64,000 nucleotides of DNA from an uncultured Eubacterium sp. (GTDB lineage Bacteria > Bacillota > Clostridia > Lachnospirales > Lachnospiraceae): NCBI RefSeq assembly GCF_937958975.1, contig NZ_CALGRE010000045.1, positions 63,087 to 127,086 on the forward strand, given 5' to 3'. Position 1 is the first letter of the stretch, and each line of letters begins with the position of its first letter. This document shows, in pieces, positions 10,590-19,680 of this stretch. The notes below the pieces were generated by a model. It did not search any database and was not told the DNA's origin. It saw only the letters and a program-made list of their open reading frames with translations. The position numbers were made by a program, and so were the translations under genes.

Positions 10590-11792
10590 ATGAAGATAGC
10601 AATGATAACTCCGGGATATCTCCCGGTTCCGGCCGTTAACGGAGGAGCAGTAGAGATATTGATACAAAGATTGATAGAAGGGAATGAAAAAGGGGAAGAA
10701 AATACAATTGATGTATATTCCAATGATAACATTGCTTTAGATAATTATTCATATAAAAATACAAATATTATAAAAGTAAAAATTAGCAGATACACTCAGG
10801 TTATAAATGGTATAACAAATAAGCTGTATCAAATAACAAAGAGAAAAAAGTGGAGAACATCATATGGAAGAGAAGTTATCAAACAGCTTCGAAATAAGGA
10901 ATATGATTTCGTGGTGGTGCATAACAATCTGATGGCATATCGGGATATATATGAACTAACCGAAAATAAGGATAATCTTGTATATGTATTACATAATGAT
11001 ATTAATGTGAATGACGAAAATCATGTTATTATTGCAAAGCTCATTGGAAGAACAGCAAAAAAAATTTTGGCTGTGAGTAATTTTTCTAAAAATGAATTTG
11101 TAAAATTGACGGGCAATGGGAATATAGATGTTTTATATAATTGCGTTAAATTAGAAGAATATAGAGATATTTGTGATGACCAATATATATGCCGAATGAA
11201 AGAAGAATATGGAATTGCTGATAGTGATTTTGTGTTTATGTTTAGTGGAAGAATTGACATATATAAAGGCGTTTTAGAATTGATTAAAGCTTTTAAGAGA
11301 CTTAAATATGAGAATGTTAAATTATTGGTTGTAGGTAAATCATGGTTTGATGAAGGAGAAGGAAATGATTCGTATTCTCTGGAAGTGGAAGAACAGAGCA
11401 GAGAGATAAAAGACAGGATTGTGTTTACAGGCTTTGTAAAGCCGGAAAAGATGCCTTTTTATTATAAAATGGCAGATTGCTTAGTTGTTCCTTCAATATG
11501 GGAAGAACCTTTTGGAGTTGTTGCCCTGGAGGGAATGGCAGCAGGTCTTGCACTGATTGTTACGGATTCAGGTGGTCTTACTGAAGTTATCGACGATACA
11601 TGTGCATTTGTAGTAGAAAAAGAAAATGATTTGATACAAAATTTGTATGAGGCAATGGAAAAGATATATTTAGAGCCAATTATTGTTGAAAAAATGAAAA
11701 GAAATGCCATATCCCGAGTGAACTCCATTTCAGAATTTGATTCAAAAAATTATTATAAGTATTTTTGTGAAAAGTTAGAAATACATCAATAA
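10590..11792 (+). CDS. glycosyltransferase, GT4-like (paralogue of 11830..13023)
   Basis: PSIWEEPFGVVALEGMAAGLALIVTDSGGLTEV. The N-terminus MKIAMITPGYLPVPAVNGGAVE parallels the next gene. Confidence 0.8.
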   Translation: MKIAMITPGYLPVPAVNGGAVEILIQRLIEGNEKGEENTIDVYSNDNIALDNYSYKNTNIIKVKISRYTQVINGITNKLYQITKRKKWRTSYGREVIKQLRNKEYDFVVVHNNLMAYRDIYELTENKDNLVYVLHNDINVNDENHVIIAKLIGRTAKKILAVSNFSKNEFVKLTGNGNIDVLYNCVKLEEYRDICDDQYICRMKEEYGIADSDFVFMFSGRIDIYKGVLELIKAFKRLKYENVKLLVVGKSWFDEGEGNDSYSLEVEEQSREIKDRIVFTGFVKPEKMPFYYKMADCLVVPSIWEEPFGVVALEGMAAGLALIVTDSGGLTEVIDDTCAFVVEKENDLIQNLYEAMEKIYLEPIIVEKMKRNAISRVNSISEFDSKNYYKYFCEKLEIHQ

Positions 11793-11829
11793 AAATAAGC
11801 ACAAACATAGATAGAAAGAGTTTTAAAGA

Positions 11830-13023
11830 ATGAGAATTGCTATTATAACAAAAGGCGGTCTGCCTATGCCGAATGTACGAGGCGGTGGTGTTGAAACATT
11901 AACTACAGCATTGCTAAATGAAAATGAAAATACCGAAAATGAGATAGTAGTCTATTGCATAAAGAATGATGAGGCGAGGAAAAAAGGCGAAGAATATCTT
12001 AAGACAGAGTTTGTACAATTACCTTTGCAGAATAGGACGGTGTATGACAGGGCAAGATGCAGAATAACGAAAGACTTTCCCAGAGAAACACCATATTCTT
12101 TTAGCAAAGTCATGAAATTAATTAAGCGGGAAAATTTTGATAAAATTGTAATTGAAAACACGCCGTGGCAGTTTCCATATTTTGTAAAAGAATTTGGCGA
12201 GAAAGTATTTTTACATTTGCATAATGACTGGGTGAATGACAGTTGGAATGAAAATTATCAAAAGAAATTCAGGGATGCGATAAATCATTGTGGTGGCGTA
12301 TTAGCAATAAGCAATTATATGAAATCCAGAGTTGAAACCATACAGGGAGTCGACAGCAATAAAATTCAGGTATTATGTAATGCTACAGATTTGGAATTGT
12401 TTTCAAAACAGATTGCAGATGAAGAACGGGAAAGTATTAGAAGTGAATTAGGAATAAAGAAAGAGGAAAGTTTAATTATTTATACAGGGAGATTGTGTGA
12501 AGATAAAGGAGTTGTGCAGCTGCTTTGTGCATTTGAAAATATATGTAAAAGATATGATACAGTTAAACTGTTGATTGTAGGTTCAGTGTCTTATGGAAAA
12601 ACGACCAGCGATTCATATACAGACAGAATAAGAGATTTTATAGCAAAGTATCCGGACAAGATTGTAACGACAGGTTTTGTGCCGTATGAACAGATATATA
12701 AATATTATTCTATAGCGGATATTCATGTGATTCCGTCTATGTGGGAAGAACCTTTTGGATTGGTAGCAATTGAGGGTATGGCTGTGGGATTACCTATTAT
12801 CAGTACGGATTCAGGAGGACTTGTAGAGATTTTTGATGATGATTGTGCAATTATTGTAAAAAGAAGTAATATTGTCTGCGAGTTGGAAAATGCAATCGAA
12901 GGATTGTTGACTGATAAAGAAAAGTGTCGAAAGTTGGGAGCAAAGGCGAAAGATAAGATTAAAAGACATAAAGAGTATTCATATGCTGAATATTACAACA
13001 GATTTATAGAAATGATATCATAG
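11830..13023 (+). CDS. glycosyltransferase, GT4-like (paralogue of 10590..11792)
   Basis: PSMWEEPFGLVAIEGMAVGLPIISTDSGGLVEI; N-terminus MRIAIITKGGLPMPNVRGGGVE. Confidence 0.8.
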   Translation: MRIAIITKGGLPMPNVRGGGVETLTTALLNENENTENEIVVYCIKNDEARKKGEEYLKTEFVQLPLQNRTVYDRARCRITKDFPRETPYSFSKVMKLIKRENFDKIVIENTPWQFPYFVKEFGEKVFLHLHNDWVNDSWNENYQKKFRDAINHCGGVLAISNYMKSRVETIQGVDSNKIQVLCNATDLELFSKQIADEERESIRSELGIKKEESLIIYTGRLCEDKGVVQLLCAFENICKRYDTVKLLIVGSVSYGKTTSDSYTDRIRDFIAKYPDKIVTTGFVPYEQIYKYYSIADIHVIPSMWEEPFGLVAIEGMAVGLPIISTDSGGLVEIFDDDCAIIVKRSNIVCELENAIEGLLTDKEKCRKLGAKAKDKIKRHKEYSYAEYYNRFIEMIS

Positions 13024-13057
13024 TATTGATGAAAAATAATTTAAATAAAGGAAATAG

Positions 13058-14182
13058 ATGATGAGGAAAAAAATCACTTTTTATTGTGATTCAATGGACA
13101 GTGGTGGAACAGAAAAAGCAACGTTAGATTTGGTAAATAATTTATCAAAAGAAAAGTATGAGATAACAGTTGTACAGTTAGCACCAGGAGGAAAATATCA
13201 CAAGCAACTTCATAGGAATATTAAATGTAAAGAAATTATACATGTTTCCCCCAAAAAGGCATTTCGGTTATATTGGTGGGCAAGAAAAATATATAATAAA
13301 ATTCCAATAGCAATAAATCATAAACTGTTTATTGGTGATAAACAGGATGTGGAAATAGCTTGTGGATATGGTTATCCTACACAAATAGTAGCAAAATCAA
13401 AAAAGGCAAAAAAAATCTCATGGATACACATGGATGTCTCACTGGACCGAAATTATGTGTCAAATCTTTCAAGGGAAGAAGGAGAAGAATATTTTGAGGG
13501 AATTGATGAGTTTGTGTGTGTATCTAATGATTGTGCCATAAAGTTTAATGAGAAATTTGGGTATGAAGAAAAAACAAAGGTATGTTATAACATAGTTCCT
13601 GCGGATAACATAATAAGGCAATCTAAGGAAAATATCGATATAAAGTTTCAAACAGAGAATTTTAATATTATTAGTATAGGAAGATTGACATGGCAAAAGG
13701 GATTTGACAATTTAATAAATGCAATTCAGTCAATTATAAAGGAGAATAGTAAAATACATCTCTATATTGTTGGCGAGGGGGAGGACAGAAAACTTTTGCA
13801 AAATTTAATGAAAGATTTAGATGTCGCAGATAATATCCATCTCTTAGGACATGTCGATAATCCATATCCACTGCTTAAAAATGCTGATTTGTATGTATGT
13901 TCTTCCAGACATGAATCATTTAGTCTTACGGTAGCTGAAAGTTTAATCCTTGAAACGCCTGTGATATCAACCAGATGTACAGGACCGATAGAATTGCTTG
14001 AAAACGGTAAATATGGATTGCTTGTTGACAATAATGTAAGTGCATTAAGAGATGGAATAGCAGATATTTTAGAAAATAAAGAAAAACTAGCTGATTTGAA
14101 GAGCATGGCGTGCAAAAGAAAAGAATTTTTTGATATAAAAAAAAGTATTAAAAAATGGGAAACAATTCTCGATGAAAAATAA
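13058..14182 (+). CDS. glycosyltransferase, GT4-like
   Basis: SSRHESFSLTVAESLILETPVISTRCTGPIELL motif. Confidence 0.8.
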   Translation: MMRKKITFYCDSMDSGGTEKATLDLVNNLSKEKYEITVVQLAPGGKYHKQLHRNIKCKEIIHVSPKKAFRLYWWARKIYNKIPIAINHKLFIGDKQDVEIACGYGYPTQIVAKSKKAKKISWIHMDVSLDRNYVSNLSREEGEEYFEGIDEFVCVSNDCAIKFNEKFGYEEKTKVCYNIVPADNIIRQSKENIDIKFQTENFNIISIGRLTWQKGFDNLINAIQSIIKENSKIHLYIVGEGEDRKLLQNLMKDLDVADNIHLLGHVDNPYPLLKNADLYVCSSRHESFSLTVAESLILETPVISTRCTGPIELLENGKYGLLVDNNVSALRDGIADILENKEKLADLKSMACKRKEFFDIKKSIKKWETILDEK

Positions 14183-14192
14183 AGGAGAGATT

Positions 14193-14975
14193 ATGATGAA
14201 GAAGATTGAACAGGAAGATTGTAGAAAAATATTAATCGATGTTTTGAATGAAATGGTTAAAATATGTAATGAAAACAATCTTAGATATTATCTGGCATAT
14301 GGAACTTTGATTGGAGCAATACGACATAAAGGTTTTATTCCTTGGGATGATGATATTGATTTATGGATGCCGCGACCGGATTATGATAGATTTGTTGAAA
14401 TTATGCAAAAATATAAGGGAAAGTACAGAGTATTAACAGCGTTAAATGATAAAGAGTACAATTATCCTTTCGCCAAGGTAGTTGATACAGAAACATATGT
14501 AAAGGAATATGAGAATACAGATATCAGAAATCTTGGTGTATATGTCGATATATTTCCGTTAGATGGATTAGGAAATGATTATAAATCAGCATTAGATACA
14601 ATAAAGAGTTTAAATGTTAAGTGTTGGAGGGTATGGCAGCTCTATACGGTTAACTTTAAAAACAATGGTATTAAAGGTACTATTTTAAAAATAATAGGTA
14701 AAAAAAATCTATTTAGAAGTTTCATTCGGGCATGTAAGAAATGTTCCTATGATGAGTCTGAATTGGTTGGTATGCCTTGTTATCGTGATAATGATATAAA
14801 AATATTTGAGCGTTCGTATTTTGATAAAACAACAACAGCTTTCTTTGAAGGTTGTGAATATAACGTTCCACTGGAATATGATAAGGTATTAAAAAATATT
14901 TATGGTGATTATATGCAGTTACCGCCTGAAAATGAAAGAAAGTCGTTACATATCATGGATGCGTTTTATAGATAA
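14193..14975 (+). CDS. licD: LicD-family phosphotransferase (phosphocholine / phospho-alditol transfer to glycan)
   Basis: LicD signature YYLAYGTLIGAIRHKGFIPWDDDIDLWMPRPDYDRF. ATG at 14193 follows AAAGGAGAG; the track start at 14172 overlaps the upstream gene. Confidence 0.8.
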   Translation: MMKKIEQEDCRKILIDVLNEMVKICNENNLRYYLAYGTLIGAIRHKGFIPWDDDIDLWMPRPDYDRFVEIMQKYKGKYRVLTALNDKEYNYPFAKVVDTETYVKEYENTDIRNLGVYVDIFPLDGLGNDYKSALDTIKSLNVKCWRVWQLYTVNFKNNGIKGTILKIIGKKNLFRSFIRACKKCSYDESELVGMPCYRDNDIKIFERSYFDKTTTAFFEGCEYNVPLEYDKVLKNIYGDYMQLPPENERKSLHIMDAFYR

Positions 14976-15048
14976 TAAATTTATAGAATATAATAATGAG
15001 AAATTTCAGTTGAGTTAATTTAACGAAATCATTTTAGTAGGTGAAAAA

Positions 15049-15987
15049 ATGGATAGTTTAATCAGTGTTATAATACCTATTTATAATGCACAAAAATATT
15101 TGTCGAGGTGCATGGAATCGATTATAAAACAATCGTATAAAAATTTAGAAATAATATTAATAAATGATGGTTCTAAAGATGATTCTTTAGTGATATGCGA
15201 GCAGTATAGAAAGAATGATAGTAGAATTGTTCTGGTGAATCAGGAGAATAAAGGAGTGTCATATTGCAGGAACTATGGAGTAGGGATTGCTAAGGGTGAG
15301 TATATTATTTTTATTGATAGTGATGATTACATAAGTGATAATATGATAGAGACTCTATATTCTGAGCAAAAAAAAGAGAATGCAGATATGGTTCAGTGCG
15401 GATATCAAATCCTTTATGAAAATAATAGTATTTCAAAAAATATATATCATGAAAAACTTATTGAATCAAAAGAAAAAATATTAAAATTTTATTTTCATAA
15501 TCTCGAATTGTGTGTTGTTCCGTGGAACAAACTAATAAGAAAAGAATTAATGAAAGAGATACGTTTTCCTTTAGAGCGGAGATTTGAGGATGAAGCTACC
15601 ATGTACAAGCTTTTTTACAGTGCCAATAAAGTAGTAAACCTTGAGGAGTTACATTATTTTTATTATCAAAATGAATTTAGCTTTATGAATCAGGAAGCCA
15701 TGAGTGCAAAAAAGATAAAGGACTTAATCAGAGCAAAAGAGGAAATGGCATTATTTATGACAGATAAATGTCCTGAGATAGAAACGGAGGTATGGAATGA
15801 GTTTTTATGGATTTTGTTTATGAATTACATAAAGATTATTAAAGGTACCGATAAAGATGCAGATTTTATTTGGGTAAGAGATAAATTTATAGAGTATTAT
15901 GATAAGATGAAAAAAAGCAGAAGAATTAAGAGAACAACATTATTTGTTTTGAGATATGTTCCTATTGCTTTCAAGGTTAAGAAATAA
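15049..15987 (+). CDS. glycosyltransferase family 2
   Basis: ISVIIPIYNAQKYLSRCMESIIKQSY, INDGSKD, GVSYCRNYG, FIDSDD. Confidence 0.8.
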   Translation: MDSLISVIIPIYNAQKYLSRCMESIIKQSYKNLEIILINDGSKDDSLVICEQYRKNDSRIVLVNQENKGVSYCRNYGVGIAKGEYIIFIDSDDYISDNMIETLYSEQKKENADMVQCGYQILYENNSISKNIYHEKLIESKEKILKFYFHNLELCVVPWNKLIRKELMKEIRFPLERRFEDEATMYKLFYSANKVVNLEELHYFYYQNEFSFMNQEAMSAKKIKDLIRAKEEMALFMTDKCPEIETEVWNEFLWILFMNYIKIIKGTDKDADFIWVRDKFIEYYDKMKKSRRIKRTTLFVLRYVPIAFKVKK

Positions 15988-16033
15988 GTATTTTGTTCAG
16001 ATATAGCTCTCATTATTTTGAAAGGAAAAAAGA

Positions 16034-17224
16034 ATGAAAAGAAATTTAATTTTATATGCACATGCTGGAAGTGGTAATCATGGGTGTGAAGCACTTGTTA
16101 GAAGTACGGCAAAATGTTTGAAAGAAGAGTATGATATAACACTTATGACAGAGAGAATCGAAGAGGATTATAAGTACAAAGCTAGTGAAAAATGTAAGTA
16201 CATATATAGTTCTAAAAAGTATAAAAAGAATACTGTTGAATATTTTAAATATGCTATAAAATACAGGTTAAAGAAGAATCAGGCAAATCCTTTTCCAGCC
16301 TCCTGCTGGCAATTAAAAGGAAAATTGAATCATAGTGTGGCAATGTCAATTGGTGGAGATAATTATTGTTATGTAGACAGCAATGTGGACTGGTTATTAG
16401 AGGAGTTAATAACCAGTCATAAGTATTTTGTAGGGAGAGGAGTACCAACCGTTTTATGGGGGTGCTCTATAGAGGAAGATACGTTAAAAAATGAAAGATT
16501 ATTAAAAGATATCAAAAAATTTGATTTAATCACAGTGAGAGAGACATTGTCAAAAGACAATCTTGAAAAATATGGATTGAAAGATAATGTAGTTCTTACA
16601 TGTGATTCGGCATTTTTCTTAGATACACAAAAAGTATTATTACCTGATAAATTTATTGAGGGAAACACTGTGGGAATAAACGTAAGTCCGATGGTTATAG
16701 GGAATGAGAATAAAAGTGGTATAGTTCTAAGAAATTATTGCAGTATGATAGAGTATATTTTGGAAGCAACGGACATGAATATTGTGCTTATACCTCACGT
16801 CGTATGGGAAGGGAATGATGATAGGATTTCATTGAAAACTATTTATGATAAATATGCACATACAGGTAGAGTAGTACAGATTGAAGATTATAATTGCGAG
16901 AAATTAAAAGGATATATTGCTAATTGTAGGTTTTTTATAGGTGCCAGAACGCATGCGACAATAGCCGCATATTCTTCGGGGGTTCCAACATTAGTGGCGG
17001 GATATTCAATCAAGGCTAAAGGAATCGCAAAGGATTTGTTTGGAACTTATGAGCATTTTGTAGTGCCTGTGTCAGAAATGACAAGTGAGAACCAGCTATT
17101 GGAAGAGTTTCAATGGATATATGACAACGAAGCAAAAATTAGAAGTACATTGAAAAAGGTTTTGCCGGAATATAAAAATAGAATGAAAGATTCTATTAAA
17201 GCATTAGAAAGACTATATAATTAA
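16034..17224 (+). CDS. polysaccharide pyruvyl transferase family protein
   Basis: N-terminal GSGNHGCEALVRS and C-terminal FFIGARTHATIAAYSSGVPTLVAGYSIKAKGIAKDL resemble the PS_pyruv_trans (WcaK/CsaB-like) family. Sits in a polysaccharide locus. Confidence 0.7.
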   Translation: MKRNLILYAHAGSGNHGCEALVRSTAKCLKEEYDITLMTERIEEDYKYKASEKCKYIYSSKKYKKNTVEYFKYAIKYRLKKNQANPFPASCWQLKGKLNHSVAMSIGGDNYCYVDSNVDWLLEELITSHKYFVGRGVPTVLWGCSIEEDTLKNERLLKDIKKFDLITVRETLSKDNLEKYGLKDNVVLTCDSAFFLDTQKVLLPDKFIEGNTVGINVSPMVIGNENKSGIVLRNYCSMIEYILEATDMNIVLIPHVVWEGNDDRISLKTIYDKYAHTGRVVQIEDYNCEKLKGYIANCRFFIGARTHATIAAYSSGVPTLVAGYSIKAKGIAKDLFGTYEHFVVPVSEMTSENQLLEEFQWIYDNEAKIRSTLKKVLPEYKNRMKDSIKALERLYN

Positions 17225-17242
17225 AACGATGAGGCACAGGAA

Positions 17243-18778
17243 ATGAAAATTGAAAGAACGAAAAATGCAACCAGAAACATAGTATATGGTGTGGTTTTGA
17301 AAATTTATCAATTGTTGGTCCCGTTTGTAGTTAGAACTGCAATGATTTATGTTATGGGAACAAAATACCTAGGCTTAGGAAGCTTATTCACCTCAGTGTT
17401 GTCTGTCTTAAATTTGACAGAGCTTGGTGTTGGGGCAGCTATGGTATTTAGTATGTATAAACCGATTGCAGAGGACGATGAGGAGAAAATCTGCGCTTTA
17501 ATGCGTTTGTACAAACTGTATTACCGAGTGATTGGATTAGTAATTTTAGTGGTAGGTGTAGCAATTACACCGATAGTGCCACAGCTGGTAAAAGGTTCTG
17601 TTCCGGATGGGATTAGTTTAATTGTACTCTATTATTTGAATTTAGGTACGACAGTTCTGACCTACTGGTTGTTTGCATATAAAAACAGTTTACTTCAAGC
17701 ACACCAAAGATTGGATGTGACAAGCAAGGTCACAATTGTAAATTCTACATTGTTATATGCTCTTCAAATTGGAGCAATTTTTTTGAAAAACTATTATTTG
17801 TATGTAATAGTAGGTTTGGCGACAACAGCATTGGGAAATATTTGTACTGCTGTCATTGTCAATAAAATGTATCCTCAATATAAAGCGCAAGGAAAATTGC
17901 CGAAGCAGGAAGTTAAGGCTATTAATCGAAGAATCAAGGATTTATTTACTGCAAAATTGGGAAGTGTTATTGTTAGTTCCGTAGATTCTATTGTTATATC
18001 CGCCTTTATAGGTCTGTCAACTTTGGGTGTATATAACAATTATTACTATATTATGTCGTCTGTTATGGGATTTATTACTATTATTTTTAATTCATGTTTA
18101 GCCGGAATAGGCAATAGCATTGTGACTGAATCGCGAGAGAAGAACTATAATGATTTTAAGTTAATGTCTTTTATTGTGGGATGGATTATGGCCGTTTGTA
18201 TACCATGTTTTCTATGCCTTTATCAACCATTTATGAAGCTGTGGGTTAAGTATAAAGAGAATATGCTCCCGGATGACACAATAATTTTATTTTGTGTTTA
18301 TTTCTTTGTGTGTGAAATATCTATGGTGTGGGCAACATATAAAGATGCAGCAGGAATTTGGCATGAGGATAGATTCCGACCATTAATTGGAGCCCTGGCA
18401 AATTTGTTTATGAATATTGTATTTGTAAAAGCATTTGGTATGGGGATATATGGTATATTATTATCAACAATATTAAGTTATATTTTAATCTCAATGCCTT
18501 GGCTGGTATATAATTTATTTCACAGGGTTTTTCAAATGTCATATTTGGAATATTTAAAAGAAATAGTTAAATTACTTTTTATGATTTTTATTATCTGTGT
18601 AGTTTCATATTTTATTTGCCTTAATATTAATTGTAACCTAATTGCACAAATCGTAATAAAAGGTATTGTTTGTTTTGTTGTTTCTAACGCAATTATCGTA
18701 TTGGTCTATTTTAGAACAGGTGAGTTTAATCGTGCAAAAAGTATTTTTAAGGGAATGATATTGAGAAAGAGAGGCTGA
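17243..18778 (+). CDS. wzx: Wzx-type oligosaccharide flippase (MOP superfamily)
   Basis: 511 aa with about 12-14 TM segments. The N-terminal pattern (KNATRNIVYGVVLKIYQLLVPFVVRTAMIYVMG..YLGL) is typical of polysaccharide biosynthesis flippases. Confidence 0.75.
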   Translation: MKIERTKNATRNIVYGVVLKIYQLLVPFVVRTAMIYVMGTKYLGLGSLFTSVLSVLNLTELGVGAAMVFSMYKPIAEDDEEKICALMRLYKLYYRVIGLVILVVGVAITPIVPQLVKGSVPDGISLIVLYYLNLGTTVLTYWLFAYKNSLLQAHQRLDVTSKVTIVNSTLLYALQIGAIFLKNYYLYVIVGLATTALGNICTAVIVNKMYPQYKAQGKLPKQEVKAINRRIKDLFTAKLGSVIVSSVDSIVISAFIGLSTLGVYNNYYYIMSSVMGFITIIFNSCLAGIGNSIVTESREKNYNDFKLMSFIVGWIMAVCIPCFLCLYQPFMKLWVKYKENMLPDDTIILFCVYFFVCEISMVWATYKDAAGIWHEDRFRPLIGALANLFMNIVFVKAFGMGIYGILLSTILSYILISMPWLVYNLFHRVFQMSYLEYLKEIVKLLFMIFIICVVSYFICLNINCNLIAQIVIKGIVCFVVSNAIIVLVYFRTGEFNRAKSIFKGMILRKRG

Positions 18779-18779
18779 A

Positions 18780-19670
18780 ATGGATACAGTTAAATTATCA
18801 AATGGATTAGATATTCCATCAATAGCATACGGTTCTGCTATTGTAGACAGATATAGATATTGGAGTGATAGTAAAAAGAGTCAAATAAAATATTACGTTA
18901 AAAATTATATAAACGATAGAAATCAATATAAAAAAGATATTGGTATAAAAAATATATTAAGAAAAGAAAATGAACAAATGTTAATTGATACCTCTAGAGC
19001 TTATGGAGGGAGTGAAAATATTATCGGACAATGCGCTGATGAAAAAAGTATCGTGTGTACTAAAATATGCAATAAGGACCAAATTAATAATAGTGTAGAA
19101 TTAGGATTTAATAAGAGTCTGGATGCTCTTAATAGAACTGTAATTGATATTTTGCTTTTGCATTGGCCGGTGGAAAACAAATATATAGACACATGGAGAA
19201 TAATGGAGAGTTTATATAAAAAAGGTAAAGTAAAAGCAATAGGAGTATGTAATTGTAATATTCATCATTTAGAGGAAATTAAACGGGAATGTGAAATTGT
19301 GCCAATGATAAATCAGTTTGAATGTCATCCTTTATTTACGCAGAATGAACTTAGACAATATTGCAAGGAAAATAATATTAAAGTTATGGCATATACAGCC
19401 ACGGCAAGAATGGATGACAGATTAAAAAATACCATACTGCCTGAGATAGCAAGAAATTATGGCAAATCAATGACGCAAATTATTATTCGATGGCATATCC
19501 AATTAGGAAATATTCCTATTATTAACACAAGTAGTTATAGACATTATGTAGAAAACAAAGATGTTTTTGATTTCGAATTGACACAAGCGGATGTTGAAAG
19601 AATTAGCAAAATTAATATTAACAGCAGATTGAGATACGACCCTGAAAATTGTGATTTTAATAAGTTATAA
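18780..19670 (+). CDS. aldo/keto reductase
   Basis: AKR motifs IDTSRAYGGSE, LLLHWP, KAIGVCNCNIHHLEE, INQFECHP, QIIIRWHIQLG. Confidence 0.8.
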   Translation: MDTVKLSNGLDIPSIAYGSAIVDRYRYWSDSKKSQIKYYVKNYINDRNQYKKDIGIKNILRKENEQMLIDTSRAYGGSENIIGQCADEKSIVCTKICNKDQINNSVELGFNKSLDALNRTVIDILLLHWPVENKYIDTWRIMESLYKKGKVKAIGVCNCNIHHLEEIKRECEIVPMINQFECHPLFTQNELRQYCKENNIKVMAYTATARMDDRLKNTILPEIARNYGKSMTQIIIRWHIQLGNIPIINTSSYRHYVENKDVFDFELTQADVERISKININSRLRYDPENCDFNKL

Positions 19671-19680
19671 GGTGGTTCAT

